Shown piece after piece: positions 1 to 13,047 of a stretch of DNA of 64,000 nucleotides. Every line of letters begins with the position of its first letter. Position 1 is the stretch's first letter. The translations under genes were made by a program, and so were the position numbers. Below the pieces are notes generated by a model. That model was given only the letters and a program-made list of their open reading frames with translations. It had not been told where the DNA came from and did no database searches. The stretch is from Mobula hypostoma (taxonomy: Eukaryota): contig NC_086107.1 in assembly GCF_963921235.1 (NCBI RefSeq), positions 97,838,001-97,902,000 on the forward strand. The letters run 5' to 3'.

Positions 1-997
1 GGAATCAGGTTTAATATCATCGGCATATGTTGTGAAATTTATGGACTTTGCGGCAGGAGTACAATGCAATACGTGATAATATAGGGGAAAAATTCACAGT
101 AAAATTAAATAAGTAGCGCAGAAACAGAATTACAATCTGTGCCCTTATCACTAGGTCATTCACACCTGTCACCACCTGAGGGGTTAAGGGATCGTTCAGC
201 TGGTTCATTGCCCCTCAGTGCTTTGTCCTATATCCTGTGTCCTGTATATTCTATGTGTCCTATGAACTCTGCACGTGACCTTCCCACACTCATTGGCCAT
301 GCATTGTCTTCGTGCTATCATTCTCTTTCTCATTGAACAGATGAATTGACACAAGGCACAGAAACACCAATATCGTGCAAACCATTAAGTACAATCACTC
401 ATCCTATTTACCAGCCTTTGGTCCACAGCCTTCTGTCGAATCAAGCGCTCATCTAGATTCTTAAAAGTTTTGAAAGTATAGGCTTTCTCATCCCCTCAGG
501 CAGTGTGTCCCAGATTCCACCACTGATGAATGAATAAGCTTCTACTTCGAACCTCTAACTCTGTACCCTAAACAAGGCTTCTATTTTTAGATACATCTCT
601 TCAGGAGAGAAGTTTTCTGCTTTCTCCTCTGTCTACACCCCTTATATGCCTCTGTACTTGGTCATTCCTCCGCCTGCTCCACGTGAAGGAAAACAAACCC
701 AGCCCATCCAATCTGTCTTCATAACTGAAGTTCTTCAGGTTCCATCCCCCCCCCCCCATCATTCTTCCTCTCATTCCCCTCCGAATTTCCTTCCAAATCC
801 CATATCCACTTCCACGCCAGTTTACCCTACTTGCTCATCCCCGGTGTTGAAGACACAGAGCTTTAAATTTGTGAGTGGCTCCCCCTTTTCAGAGATTGTC
901 TGATTATGGGGATTTCCTGGCCAGGGAGGACTTGAAGGTGTCTAATCACTTGTCAATGCATATATGGCATGGAATTCACCCACTGCTTTTCTTCCAG

Positions 998-1061
998 GAG
1001 GATTCTGTAACACGCCCAGAGTTCCAGTACGATGTGTTTGGATTCCGTATAGACAAAGAAG
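998..1061 (+). CDS. SGSM3: SGSM3 coding exon A (64 nt, phase 0-1): EDSVTRPEFQYDVFGFRIDKE
   Basis: Acceptor ttttcttccag, donor G|gtaacc; resembles the N-terminal PEFYYDEFGFRV motif. Confidence 0.9.
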
Positions 1062-1339
1062 GTAACCGTGCATTTCTGTTCCAGACTCTTTGCTTGTCCA
1101 CCACTGCCAGTGACCATCTGCAGTTACAGTCCAAATTCACTTCATAGGGGCTGTTTTCAAATAAAATTTCACACTAGATCTGCAAAGTTCAGTTGACCAA
1201 ATGTTTCGACAAAGAGGGAGGTTTTTACTGTTGCAACACCTAATGAGGACATTCAGCCCATCGGTTCCATGCTAGGTCCCAACAGAGCAATTTCTTCAGT
1301 CCCATTAAGTTCTCGGTAACCCTTTAATCTGTTCTCTCC

Positions 1340-1560
1340 TGCATGCCCACCAACTCCATTTGATTTAACTACACTAGAGTTAATTTGTAGAAATCAGTTG
1401 GCCTGCCAACCCAATGTTGCTTTGGGATGTTGGAGGAGGTTGCAGGACTTGGCAGGTGAAGGGAAACCCATGCGGTCACAGGAAATCTCCATAGAGGTGA
1501 CACCGAAGTCAGGGGGGAGCCCAGGTCACTTGAGACTGCAGCACTAACTGCTCTAACGAG
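1340..1560 (-). mobile_element. V-SINE/HE1-type SINE fragment; further copies at about 12700-12835(-), 18714-18960(+), 21340-21530(-), 50968-51210(+), 57470-57660(+), 62078-62330(+)
   Basis: Shared central motif of the type gaccgcgtgggtttcctcc..ctccggtttcctcccaca.tcc.aaagac..ggttaattgg; some copies keep tRNA-like heads. Confidence 0.65.
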
Positions 1561-1904
1561 CGACTGAAAAGAAAGGAGGAAGGTTAGGGAAAGAAATGCC
1601 CAGGGGTGGAACTTCAATTGTTGAAGATACAGTCGCCAACAGTTGGATCATTAAAATTCAAATTTGCATAAAAACAGCTTTGGAGGAGTACAGAAATCAA
1701 AGAAGTGTTGTAAGGCTGGTGAATGTTGCAGTGGGGAAGGAGAGTCTGAAAACTAGGATGAGAATTTTAGAACTGAGGAGATGGTGTTTCAGGAGTCAGC
1801 AGAGATCAGTCTATACATATGTGATGAGTGAACAGGGCTAGGTACAAGCTGGAATGTAGCCAGAGAAATTTGGATGATGTTAACTTTATAGAGATTGTGA
1901 GATG

Positions 1905-2556
1905 GACCACAAGTCCCCCTCAACCATCAGGCTCTTGAACCAACGAGGATAACTTCACTTGGCCCCATCATTGAGATGTTCCCACAACCTATGGACTCAC
2001 TTTCAGGGACTCTTTATCTGGGCACGTGGCCAAGTGGTTAAGGCATTGGACTAGCGACCTGAAGGTCGTGAGTTCGAGCCCCAGCCGAGGGAACGTGTTG
2101 TGTCCTTGAGCAAGGCACTTAATCACACTCTGCGACGACACTAGTGCCAAGCTGTATGGGTCCTAATGCCCTTCCCTTGGACAACATTGGTGTCGTGGAG
2201 AGGGGAGACTTGCAGCATGGGCAATTGCTGGTCTTCCATACAACCTTGCCCAGGCCTGCGCCCTGGAGAGTGAAGACTTTCCGGGCACAGATCCATAGTC
2301 TCGCAAGACTAACGGATGCCTTTTTTTTGATAGTTTATTGTTGTTTATTTTTTATTACTATTTCTTTCTTTCTTATATTTGCACAGTTTGTTGTCTTTTG
2401 CACACTGGTTGAATGCCCAAGTTTGTGCGGTCTTTCATTGATTCTATAATCGTTATTATTATATTATGGATTTATTGAGTATGCCCACGAGAAAATGAAT
2501 CTCAGGGTTGTATGTGATGACATATATGTACTTTATTTTAAACTTTGAACTTTGAA
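1905..2556 (+). mobile_element. Rex1/Babar-type LINE 3' fragment interrupted by a SINE; similar tails at about 1-135, 6770-7180, 7580-8066, 14530-14975, 21003-21310, 50600-50960, 62600-62875
   Basis: Recurrent tail ...aatgaatctcagggttgtat..tgacatatatgtactttg..actttgaactttga, or ...aaacctgattctga, shared with the end of the RT-bearing copy at 60065-61890. Confidence 0.6.
2020..2328 (+). mobile_element. tRNA-derived SINE, apparently young
   Basis: A box TGGCCAAGTGG, B box GTTCGAGCC, CORE-like gtgtccttgagcaaggcacttaa, many intact CpGs, T-run end. Confidence 0.8.
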
Positions 2557-3261
2557 GTCAGGAGAATCCTGGGATATTAAAGGGTTTCAGCAGCACATGA
2601 CCTGAGGCATACAGAATTGCGGTGTTAAGGAATTTGAAGTTGGGCTGGTCTAAAGTTCACCTGATTCAGCAGGGAATGGATGTAGACAAGAAAGGGGCAT
2701 ATGATGAAGTTTGTCGGCTTCCTGGTGTTTAGCTGAAGAAAATTTGTGCTGAATAAAACTGAAGGGTTCAGGAAAAGCTCTGATAAGTTGGAACTCGTTG
2801 TTTCAGCAGACATTTGGAATCCATTACACTTTTGAAGGATGTTACTGAGGAGCAGTATGTGGATGCGAGATATGAGGGAGAGCAAAGGATAGATCTAATC
2901 TTAATGGATTCCTGAAGTAACAGCGTAGGAGTAGGAAGCGAAACCACTACAGGGAGCCCTCTGTCTAAAACCAGATAGATATGAATGGAAGCAGGGGATT
3001 GCAGTCCCACCCAGTTGGATAATGGAGGAGAGACAGTGCAGAGATGATTTGATGGGATTTTGTAAAGGGCTTCATTCTGGGCAAGAAGATTCTGAGACTT
3101 GGTTTATTATGGTCACATCAGATTGGATACCTTTTTGACATTGATAAAGGTTTTAGTTCTGTGTCAGAGAAGAAATATAGTATGGATTCTGTCATGGATT
3201 GATTCATTGATGACGTAGAGAGCACCCAAGAGACTGATATATCTTTGTTGCAATTCAATAG

Positions 3262-3470
3262 ATGGATCAGAAGCAAATCACAGGAGAGTTCTTGGAGTCC
3301 CACTCCCAGAGGATCCTCAGCAAAGGCTGAGATGGCAAGCATACCTTGAGTTCACGCATAATCACGACGTCGGCGATCTGACGTGGGATAAAATTGACGT
3401 AGTACTGCCACGCTCTCAGAAACTGCGAACTTTGGTCCTTTCCGGGATCCCGCACACCTTGCGACCGCAG
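3262..3470 (+). CDS. SGSM3: SGSM3 coding exon B (209 nt, phase 1-0): DGSEANH...[24 protein letters not shown]...[13 protein letters not shown]
   Basis: Acceptor caattcaatag, donor CAG|gtaaac; [17 protein letters not shown] and GIP..LRP at the start of the TBC domain. Confidence 0.95.
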
Positions 3471-5239
3471 GTAAACCCACTGGTGTCCTTTCCCCAACTT
3501 TGTGACTTTTATTTTGTCTGTTCAGATGATGCTGTGCTGCTCTTTCATTCTCCTCTTCCGCTGATGATCACCTCCTGCACCCACCATCCCTCCAGTTCAA
3601 CTCTCAGAGACTCATTTCACATTTTATCCCTGGTTTCTTTGCCATTTGTAGTCAGGTTACTGCCTTTGTTTGTAATTTATTATCTTAGTCTTTCCCAATC
3701 TTGTGTCTTTCTTAATTAATACCTGAAAATGAATTCCTTTATACTTACTATTGTAGTTGCATGCTAATAGTTTTCTAATCTGCTCTTTGGTTCATCTACT
3801 ATTGCCAAATGTAGCAATGAGTTACCCAGTGTGGCTGTTTAAATACTGGATTATTATTATGCACTTTATGGTACTTTCATTTCCTTACCCCTTTGTCTAG
3901 ACCTTCTGCCCATTTAATTTTGGATAACTGACGTCAACATTTGCAAATTGATTTACTAATTCTGCACTGAAGAATTTTTGCAGCAATGCAATGCCATTGA
4001 CTCTTTTGGCTCCATGACTCTCATCTGTGAATCCATTTTCCAGGAATAATGCACATCAAATTTCCTTTCTTCTTTGTTGAGGTCACTGTATCATGAGTCA
4101 TCATAATTTATTATCCAATTTTGTTCTAAAGGAGTGCATTTCTCCGAAGTTATAACCATTAATACTAAGCTGGATGTAAGTAATAGAATTATAAAAATGC
4201 TCATCAGGTAGACAGCAGACATCTGTTAAATCTTGCCACTTTTGTTGTGTACCATTCAGCTAGGTCTTCTAATGTACAGTAACAAACTACAACAAATTCA
4301 GAGTGGATCAAATTGTAGGCACATTTTATTCTTTACTTGCAAGGGAAGCCACTCCACACATTATTGTCTGGTAAATAGCTTCAATCTTATAGCTTAAATA
4401 AACCACTATTATACTTTTACAGATAAGTAATTAGGTTGTTCCATTACATAATGGCATTCTTCTGTTATCTGTATCTGCCTCTAGTTCCTGACATTCGGCT
4501 TTAGAGGTTTCTTCCCCCATGATAGCTATATTGTTGTCTAAACATTTCCCCCATAAGACAATAGATGCAAGGGTCTGGCTGATTTTGCTTGCTGTCCTGC
4601 AATGTTCATCCCTTTCTCCACGGCGCTGAGGCCGTGAAACAATGCAGCTTGCGATGCGTTTTTGCCCCACTGGTGTGATGAACCGGGATCAAGTCTTGGG
4701 CCTACTCCGGCTGCTCCAGGAGCGGATCTAGAGACTCAGTCTGGTTCGAAATGCTGTTGGCTTGCTTCTATAGTTGGCAAAATTTGTGGGGTTTTTTCCT
4801 GTCTTTCTCTGAGCAGTGGTTTTTGGTCTTTTTTTAATGTGGCTACCTGTAAACAGACTAAACTCAAGGTGTATAATTTATACATTCTTTGATAATAAAT
4901 GTGCTTTGAATCTTTGGATCTTTGATTTGATAAAGCACACATACAGACTCCTTGTAAGTCTCCATGCAAGCAAACCAACAAACCAGCAAAACACTCTGGG
5001 ATCACACAGGTTCCATTTTGTCACATTACATTTTACAAAAGTTATAAATTCATAAAGCATTCAGGGTTACAGATATATTTCCACACTTCCATGCTATTAA
5101 TAATCTGTAACATTTCCTACATGGTAAAAGTAGGCATCCTGAATGTCACCCCTAGAACTGCACTAAGTGATACAAAGGGCAGCAATGTTATAATGGAGTA
5201 CAAACGTGGGACATCATGTTACAGATGTACAACATGTTG

Positions 5240-6350
5240 GAGAGACTGCACTTGGAGTCTTGTGTATAGTTCTGGTCATCCTGTCAGAACTGGAAGGACA
5301 TGATTAATCTTGGGAGGGCACAGAAATGGTTTACAAACATATTGCTGGGACATGAGGGCTTGAGTTATGAGGAGAGACTGGATAGGTTAGGACTGTTTTC
5401 CCTGGAACGAAGGAAGTTGAGGGGTAGACATGTAGAGATTTATAAAATCATGAGGAGATTAGATAAGGTGAGGAAGTAGTAGCGGTGGGTACAATTGCAA
5501 TGTTTAAAGGAGATTTGGACAAGTTCATGGGGAGAAAAGTTTATGGGACTAACTCCTGGTAGGCCACCTGGTTAACGTGAATGGGTTGGGCTGCTGTGCT
5601 GTTTAACTCTATGACTGTAAATCTATGAATAGAGAGAGGGGGTGAAAGATTAAGCATATGGTTAGAAGGTCGGAATCACTGGTCCACGCATCTGAATTTG
5701 AAAGAAAAAAATGAAATTGTGGCAAAATGTGAAAGGAGTCAGGAGAGCAAGGGATCTTCTGACATTGCAATCTATGGCTTGTTTAAATAAGACCATAAGG
5801 CTATAAAACATAGGAGCAGAATTAGGCCATTCAGCCCATCGAGTCTGCTCCACCATTCCATGGCTGATTTATTTTCCCACTCAACCTCATTCTCTTGCCT
5901 TCTTCCTGTGACCTTTGACACCCTTACTAATCAAGAACCTATCAACATCCACTTTAAATGTACCCAATAACTTGGCCTCCACATGAATCAATTCCACAGA
6001 TTCACCACCCTCTGGCTAAAAGAATTCCTCATCTCTGATCTAAAGGAATGTCCTTCTATACTGAGGCTGCTCCCTCAGGTCCTAGACCCCCCCCCCCCGC
6101 ACCACCCCCACTATAGGAAACATCCACTCCACGTCCACTTTGTCTAGACATTTCAATATTTGATAGGTTTCAGTGAGACTCGCACACCCCCCTCCCCATT
6201 CTTCTAAACTCCAGTGAGTACAGGCCCAGAACCATCACACACACCATATACATTAACCCTTTCATTCCCAGGATCATTCTCGTGAACCTCCTCTGGGCTC
6301 TTCCCTATGACTGCACAGCCTTTCTTCGATAAGGGGCCCAAAATTTCAAA
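5240..6350. mobile_element. Two CR1 LINE 3' fragments (about 5240-5615 on +, 5790-6350 on -)
   Basis: CR1 C-terminal coding remnants of the LSYEERL..LGLFSLE.R.LRG type, plus the 3' UTR hairpin and tail. Confidence 0.75.
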
Positions 6351-7181
6351 CCAATTGTTTAAGATGTATGAAATACACAGAAAATTACAGAGACACTCAG
6401 CGGGTCGGGCAGCATGCGTGGAGAGAGGAACAGTTATTGTTCCAGATTGAAGACCCTTCACCACAAATGAGTAAGCTCTGGTTAAAGGGACTCTCCTAGT
6501 CCTGATGAAAATAATTCGACCTGAAGCCTCAGCTGTTCCTCTTTCCGCAGAAGCTGACTGACTGCAGAGTTTTTGCAGAACTTACCATCTTTATTTTAGA
6601 TTTCAAGCATTTGTAAATTGAGGAATGCCTCCAAGCTTGGTTTGTTATTCAGGACTCGAATGCACCCACCATTCTGCCAGTGATAGGAAGTCCTTAGCTG
6701 TTCTATTGTGTATTTCTGTGCGGATTTTAAAGCCACAATCAAGTTCCATGTCATATGCACTTAACTTACAGTAGCAGTCACAAGAAAAGCACAAGTTAAG
6801 CATAAATTATACATGGCATTTACAAGAAAGTACAATTAGGCCAACAAAACAAGGCCATTTTAAGGCGAAGTAATCAAAGCAAGTCATAGTGTTTCTAAAC
6901 TGTAGTGACCTGGTTCCAGTTGGTTCAAGAACTAAATGGTTTTTGGTGCTGAACCTGGTGACAGGAGACTTCAAGTTTCTGTGCCTCCTGCCCGAGGGTA
7001 GTTGTGAGAAGATAGCATGGGCCAGAAGGTGGAGATCTTTCATGATAGATGTTACCTTCTTGATGTAGTGCCTCATTTAGATGCTACTGATGCTGGGGAA
7101 GGATGTTTTCATGATGTATTGGGCTGAGTCTCTGCAGCTTCTTACGTTGATGCAACCAGTCAGGATATACTCAATAGTACA

Positions 7182-7559
7182 TTCATTCATTATGACCTGA
7201 GCGATCATGGTCTTGACCATGATTGTTCTAGGCAGATTTTTCTACAGAAGCTGTTTGCCATTCCCTTCTTCTGGGCAGTGTGTCTTTACAAGACGGGTGA
7301 CCCCAACCATTATCAATACTCTTCAGAGACTGTCTGCCTGGCATCAGTGGTTGCATAACCAGGACGTGATGTGCACCAGCTGCTCATACGACCATCCACC
7401 ACCTGCTCCCACAGCTTCACGTGACCCTGGTCGGTGGGGGGGCAGGGGGGGAGGTCTAAGGTGGTGCCACATCTTGCCCAAGGGTGACCTGCAGGCTAAA
7501 GGAGGGAAGGAACTCCCTATACCCCCTTTGATAGAGATGCATCTCCACCCCGCCACCCA
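7182..7559 (-). mobile_element. RTE-related SINE-like non-autonomous retroelement (about 370 bp); copies at 15788-16156(+), 19300-19676(+), 37052-37415(+), 56015-56369(-)
   Basis: Five near full-length collinear copies; internal gaagaaggcaatggcaaaccact motif; short-repeat tails; degenerate target duplications. Confidence 0.8.
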
Positions 7560-8389
7560 AGTATTCAACAGTACATCTGAATTAAATTGAATTGACTTTA
7601 TTACTTACATCCTTCACATAAATGAGGAGTAAAAATCTTTACGTTACGTCTCCGTCTAAATGTGTAATGTGCAATTTATAGTAATTTATAATAAATAGTA
7701 TGTACAACAAGATAGTCAATATAACATAGAAATATAGTTGTGTCAACGTGAATTAATCGGTCTGATGGCCTGGTGGAAGAAGCTGTCCCGGAGCCTGTTG
7801 GTCCTGGCTTTTATGCTGCGATACCGTTTCCCAAATGGTAGCAGCTGAAACAGTTTGTGGTTGGGGTGACTTGGGTCCCCAATGATCCTTCAGGCCCTTT
7901 TTACACACCTGTCACTATAAATGTCCTGAATTGTGGGAAGTTCACATCTACAGATGCGCTGGGCTGTCCACACCACTCTCTGCAGAGTCCTGCGATTGAG
8001 GGAGGTACAGTTCCCGTACCAGGCAGTGATGCAGCCAGTCAGGATGCTCTCAATTGTGCCCCTGTAGAAAGAAGAGGTTTGTTAATGTTTGGTGACAAGC
8101 CCAATCTTCTAAAAATATAAAGGCACTTTCTTACTGATGATATGACTTATTATTCCTAATATGCACAGCTACTTCACCTCTCCTTCTTCTCTGAGTATTT
8201 CATATTCTACAATGTCTTGTTGTCAGTTAATGTGTTTTTTTGCAGCCATCTCTCAGTTGCTTTTACAACATTTAGTTTTTGATTGGTGCCTCCAGTTTAT
8301 AATGAACAGAATGTATTACTGTAAGATAAGTTTTAATAGTGGTTCTTATTTTTTCACCATTTTGTTTAGAGTTTTCATTTAATACCTGG

Positions 8390-8870
8390 TCAGAGAATCA
8401 TAGGAAGCTACAGCTTAGAAACAGGCCCTTTGGCTCATTTAGTCTAGTCTCATCAACCTGCATCCAGACCAAGGCACTTCGTACCCCTCCCATCCATGTA
8501 CCTATCCAAACTTCTCTTAAAAGTTGAAATCCAGCACTTGTGCTGGCAGCTCATTCCACACACTCACTGCCCTCTGAGTGAAGATGTTTCCCCTTATGTT
8601 CCCCATAAGGGTTTCACCTTTCACCCTTAACCCATGACCTCTAGTTGTAGTCTCACCCAACCTCAGTGGAGAAAGCCTGCTTGCATTTACCCTATCTATA
8701 CGCCATATAATTTTGTATGCCTCTATCAAATCTCCCCTCAGTCTTCTACGTTCTAGGGAATAAAGTTCTAACCTGTTCGATCTTTCCTAACAACTCAGGT
8801 CCTCCAGTCCTGGCAAATTCCTTGTAAGTTTTCTCTGTACTCTTTCAATCTTATTTACATCCTTCCTATA
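8390..8870 (-). mobile_element. CR1 LINE 3' fragment
   Basis: ORF 8517-8729(-) reads MIEAYKI...TRGHGLRVKG...FTQRAVSVWNELP. Confidence 0.85.
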
Positions 8871-9049
8871 AACGGTCAGACACGTACATGTCCTTTAACT
8901 CCTGGTTTTGATTCAGTCTTAATTCTTTGTCTCGCCAATCCCTAACTCTCCCCAACCCCATACCTAAAATTTGAAATTTCTTGCTCTGTTATTTCTCAGC
9001 CTGATTTTGAAGTTCTGTGAAGTTTCTTATTAATCCTGTCTCTCTCTAG

Positions 9050-9157
9050 ATCTGGATGCGGTTGTCAGGAGCTTTGCAGAAGAAACGGAACACTGAAACC
9101 TCATACCGTGACATCGTCAAAAACAGCTCCAACGATGGTGGCATTGCAGCTAAACAG
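9050..9157 (+). CDS. SGSM3: SGSM3 coding exon C (108 nt, phase 0-0): [36 protein letters not shown]
   Basis: Acceptor tctctctctag, donor CAG|gtgaag; W.RLSGA TBC motif. Confidence 0.95.
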
Positions 9158-9962
9158 GTGAAGGAGTCAGTGTAAATAACTTTAATAATGAAATATTATC
9201 CACAGAAAGTAACTATATAGTGTTTTACTGTTCCACGGTGCCTCATGGAGGCACAACCGGTGGTCGAAGTTCAAAAGCTCAAAGTACATTTATGATCAAA
9301 GTATGTATACGTTATACAACTTTGAGATTTTCTCCTAACAAACAGCCACGAAGCAAAGAAACCCATATACATATGTCCGTCGAATACCCCAAGTGCAGAG
9401 AGAAAATAAAACACATCATGCCCATAAAAAGAACCCATAAAAAAAATAAGGAACTCATATAAAAACTGCCGAGCACCCAATGTGCAGAGAAAATAAAACC
9501 ACAAGCAAATAGCGTTCTGAACTGAAGTCCGCAAGCCAGTCCCATAGTTCAGCGCAGAGCCGTGTAAACATTGTGGATCAGCGATGTGAACCAGCCATCC
9601 AGTGTGGATACATAGAACATGCACTTTGGTTAATTGAGAATGCATTCAGTGTGGCCAATTGGAGCTTTGCAGCTACAGAACTATAGAGCCCAGAAACTGG
9701 CCATCTGGCCCACCATTCGAAGACATGACCATTAGTTGTGCAGTGAAAGGGAAGTGCTCAAAGGTTGCAATCAGAACATTGAATTCAGTGAGTAAAGGTG
9801 CTGTAGGATTGGAGCCGTTTACAGTAGGCAAGGAGGCAAGAGGACCTGAACCATTTTAAATATGGAGATCTGCACGTAGCTGAACATTAAGTCCCGTTGC
9901 AGCCTTACACCTCCCTCTTTTATCTCGTCGTCCCTACACTGATCAACCTCTGTCTTTCTTTC

Positions 9963-10433
9963 ACCAACCTGATGGCATGAACATCGACTTCTCTAACTTC
10001 CGCTAAGGCCCCACCTCCCCCTCGTACCCCATCTGTTACTTATTTTTATGCACACATTCTTTCTCTCACTCTCCTTTTTCTCCCTCTGTCCCTCTGAATA
10101 TACCTCTTGCCCATCTTCTGGGTTCCCCCCATCCCGACTTTCTTTCCGGACCTCCTGTCCCATGATCCTCTCGTATCCCCTTTTGCCTATCACCTGTCCA
10201 GCTCTTGGCTCCATCCCTCCTCCTCCTGTCTTCTCCTATCATTTTGGATCTCGCCCTCCCCCTCCAACTTTCAAATCCCTTACTCACTCTTCCTTCAGTT
10301 AGTCCTGACGAAGGGTCTCGGCCTGAAATGTCGACTGCACCTCTTCCTACAGATGCTGCTTGGCCTGCTGCGTTCACCAGCAACTTTGATGTGTGTTGCT
10401 TGAATTTCCAGCATCTGCAGAATTCCTGTTGTT
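9963..10433 (+). mobile_element. Penelope-like element 3' fragment with a 14-bp TSD
   Basis: Begins in the QPDGMNIDFSNF* C-terminus and continues through a pyrimidine-rich UTR and a hammerhead motif; flanked by tctgtctttctttc at 9949-9962 and 10434-10447. Confidence 0.85.
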
Positions 10434-10636
10434 TCTGTCTTTCTTTCCTCCTTTGAGATGTATTTAAAAATTTTGCCTCATTGATAGTTTGTGATCTGAC
10501 TAAATATTACGGGTGAATCAGTGTACTTTTCATTGTGATTGTTCTTCTGTGAGGCAGTTTAAGATTATGTAAAGTTATTATATAAATGCAGTGTGCTCTT
10601 TTGGAGGGCAGTGAGTCGGTGTAGTTTATTAAGCTT

Positions 10637-11460
10637 TCAAGGTACCTTTATGATCAAAGTACGTATGCAGTATACGGCCCTGAGTTTCTTCTTCCCCACA
10701 GACAGCCATGAAACAGAATACCACAGAACCCATTCAAATAAAAATATTAAACCCCCCACACACAAAAAAAATCATGCAAACGACAACAAAAAAAAAAGAA
10801 AAACACAATATAAAACGCAAAGTTGAAAGAGTCCAGGCATATTTCAGTTCAACTCAGTGTTCATTATCTGCAGGGTGCCCCGATTCAAAATTGCCCAAAA
10901 TCGCAACAAAAAAAGAAGCAACCAAAAAGCAGAAACATATCATAATGTGAACTGCAGAGTCCAATCCACAAACCACATCGATTGGACCTTCCCCAAGAAC
11001 TCTGGTACCATCCTCTGACAGCATGGAGGGAGAGAGAGAGACCATCCGAATGCAGGGACCTTCCTCTGGGAGCAGCAAGCAAGGGAGGAGAGAGAAAGGG
11101 ACTGTCACACACAAACACCTTATTCCAGCAGCAGGGAGAGAGAGGCTGAACAACCCCCTCACCTCGATGATTTCAATCTTCCTTGGCACTTTAATCGACG
11201 AAAAATGGTGTTGGTTGTGGGCTTGTGGCCTGTCTGCAGGCTTCTTGGTCTTGAGGCCACACGCCTCACGGAACACCCTCAGAGACAGCAAAGCACTAGA
11301 TTGCTCAGTGCGTCCAAAAACACACCACCAAAATGTAGATCACAGGCTCCAACAGTAGCAGAACCACACTTGAAAGAAAAAGAAGTGAAAGAAGTAGTTT
11401 CGTGAACTATCTGGAGGATGTCACCCTTGTCGAGTTGTTCACTGGCACCATCTTCTTCCA
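10637..11460 (-). mobile_element. Probable non-autonomous Rex1/Babar-related retroelement (5'-like end joined to 3' tail)
   Basis: The minus strand starts gaagatggtgcc and ends in a Rex-type tail; related pieces at about 4560-4930, 9265-9600 and 58180-58570. Confidence 0.5.
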
Positions 11461-11670
11461 GATTGCAAATGCGAGGATGGGGGTTAAGATATGAGGAGAA
11501 GAATTCTGAATGAGTAGAACGGTGTGAAGGGAGCACTGGAAAAGTTAAATTAGGATGTGGCAAAAGAATAGGTGAGGATTTCGGAAAGGTTGAGTTGAGA
11601 GCTTGGGGAGAAAATATCAGCAGCAATCCTTTGCATTGTAGGGAATATGGTGTCAGAAGACTGAATAAGA

Positions 11671-12291
11671 GAAAGCAGGATCTCCCAGTGGCCGCACATT
11701 TTAATTCCACATCTCATTCCCATTCTGACATGTCTATCCACGGCCTCCTCTACTGTAAAGATGAAGCCACACTCAGGTTGGAGGAACAACACCTTATATT
11801 CCGTCTGGGTAGCCTCCAACCTGATGGCATGAACATCGACTTCTCTAACTTCCGCTAATGCCCCGCCTCCCCCTCGTACCCCATCCGTTATTTATCTATA
11901 TATACACATTCTTTCTCTCACTCTCCTTTTTCTCCCTCTGTCCCTCTGACTATACCCCTTGCCCATCCTCTGGGTTCCCCCCTCCCCCTTTTCCTTCTCT
12001 CTGGGCCTCCTGTCCCATGATCCTCTCATATCCCTTTTGCCAATCACCTGTCCAGCTCTTGGCTCCATCCCTCCCCCTCCTGTCTTTTCCTATCATTTCA
12101 GATCTCCCCCTCCCCCTCCCACTTTCAAATCTCTTACCAGCTCTTCTTTCAGTTAGTCCTGACGAAGGGTCTCGGCCTGAAACGTCGACTGTACCCCTTC
12201 CTAGAGATGCTGCCTGGCCTGCTGCGTTCACCGGCAACTTTGATGTGTGTTGCTTGAATTTCCGGCATCTGCAGAATTCCTCGTGTTTGCG
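11671..12291 (+). mobile_element. Penelope-like element 3' fragment with a 9-bp TSD
   Basis: ORF 11595-11858 ends PVAAHFNS...EEQHLIFRLGSLQPDGMNIDFSNFR (GIY-YIG domain C-terminus); tgaataaga at 11662-11670 and 12292-12300. Confidence 0.88.
12155..12190 (+). ncRNA. Minimal type I hammerhead ribozyme motif (Penelope-associated), best-preserved copy
   Basis: AGUC-CUGACGA-agggucucggccu-GAAA-CGUC-GACU: conserved core, short stem II, palindromic ACGU stem III, stem I AGUC/GACU. Confidence 0.75.
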
Positions 12292-12964
12292 TGAATAAGA
12301 TTTCAGTAGCTTTTTTTTGTGAGTTTGAAAGCTACTGGGAGGGAGAGCAGAGGCAGTAAATCACCAACAGAGTTTGTGCTGTTACCTGTTTAACCAGATG
12401 AAATTGCAACACTTCTAAGGTAGCTGATAATTAATTCAATTACTCAGTCATGTAGAAGTGGAGACAGAGCTGTCTAAGGGCAGACGGGAATCTGAACAGT
12501 GTTAAGGTGAGAAGGGGTAAGTTTAAAGGAGATATATTGTAAAGATTAAAGATCTTTAAAGATAGCTTTATTTACTGTATGTAGATCGGAATATACAGTG
12601 AAATACATTGTCAGCATCAACAATTTACACAGTCCGCATGATGAGCTGGGGGCAGCTCATGTGTGTCGCCATGCTTCCAACACCAACAGAGCATGCCCAC
12701 AACTTACTAACCCGTACATCTTTAGAATGTGTGAGGAAACTGGAGTACCCATAGGAAACCCATGTGGTCGTGGGAAAAACGTGCAAACTCCTTACAGAGA
12801 ACAGCGGAATTGAACCCAGATCGCTGGCACTGTAGTAAAGTTAGGTATTTTTACACAGCGAGTGATTAGTGCTTCAAAAACAGTTAGGGAAGGTGGTGGA
12901 AGCTGATAGAATGGCAATGTTTAAGAGGCGTTTAAACCCATGACCAAGCAGGAATGTTGGAATG

Positions 12965-12987
12965 TACAGTACTGTGCAAAAGTCTTA

Positions 12988-13047
<60 letters not shown>

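Noticed and set aside
139..336. ORF with GHSH...LSAL as a possible upstream SGSM3 exon
   Set aside because: It lacks the expected GPFSALTPS.WPQ.IL motif and a suitable donor; the upstream exons probably lie outside the window.
995..1000. CAGGAG tandem (NAGNAG) acceptors at exons A, H and K
   Set aside because: A distal GAG is rarely used as an acceptor, and the sequence alone gives no support.
2020..2092. tRNA gene
   Set aside because: The A/B boxes run straight into a SINE body, and no complete cloverleaf is evident.
9993..12298. Similar 70-146 aa ORFs recurring at several loci (SPDEGSRPETST..., MLVNAAGQAAS...) as a small gene family
   Set aside because: They are alternative-frame translations of the non-coding Penelope 3' repeat.
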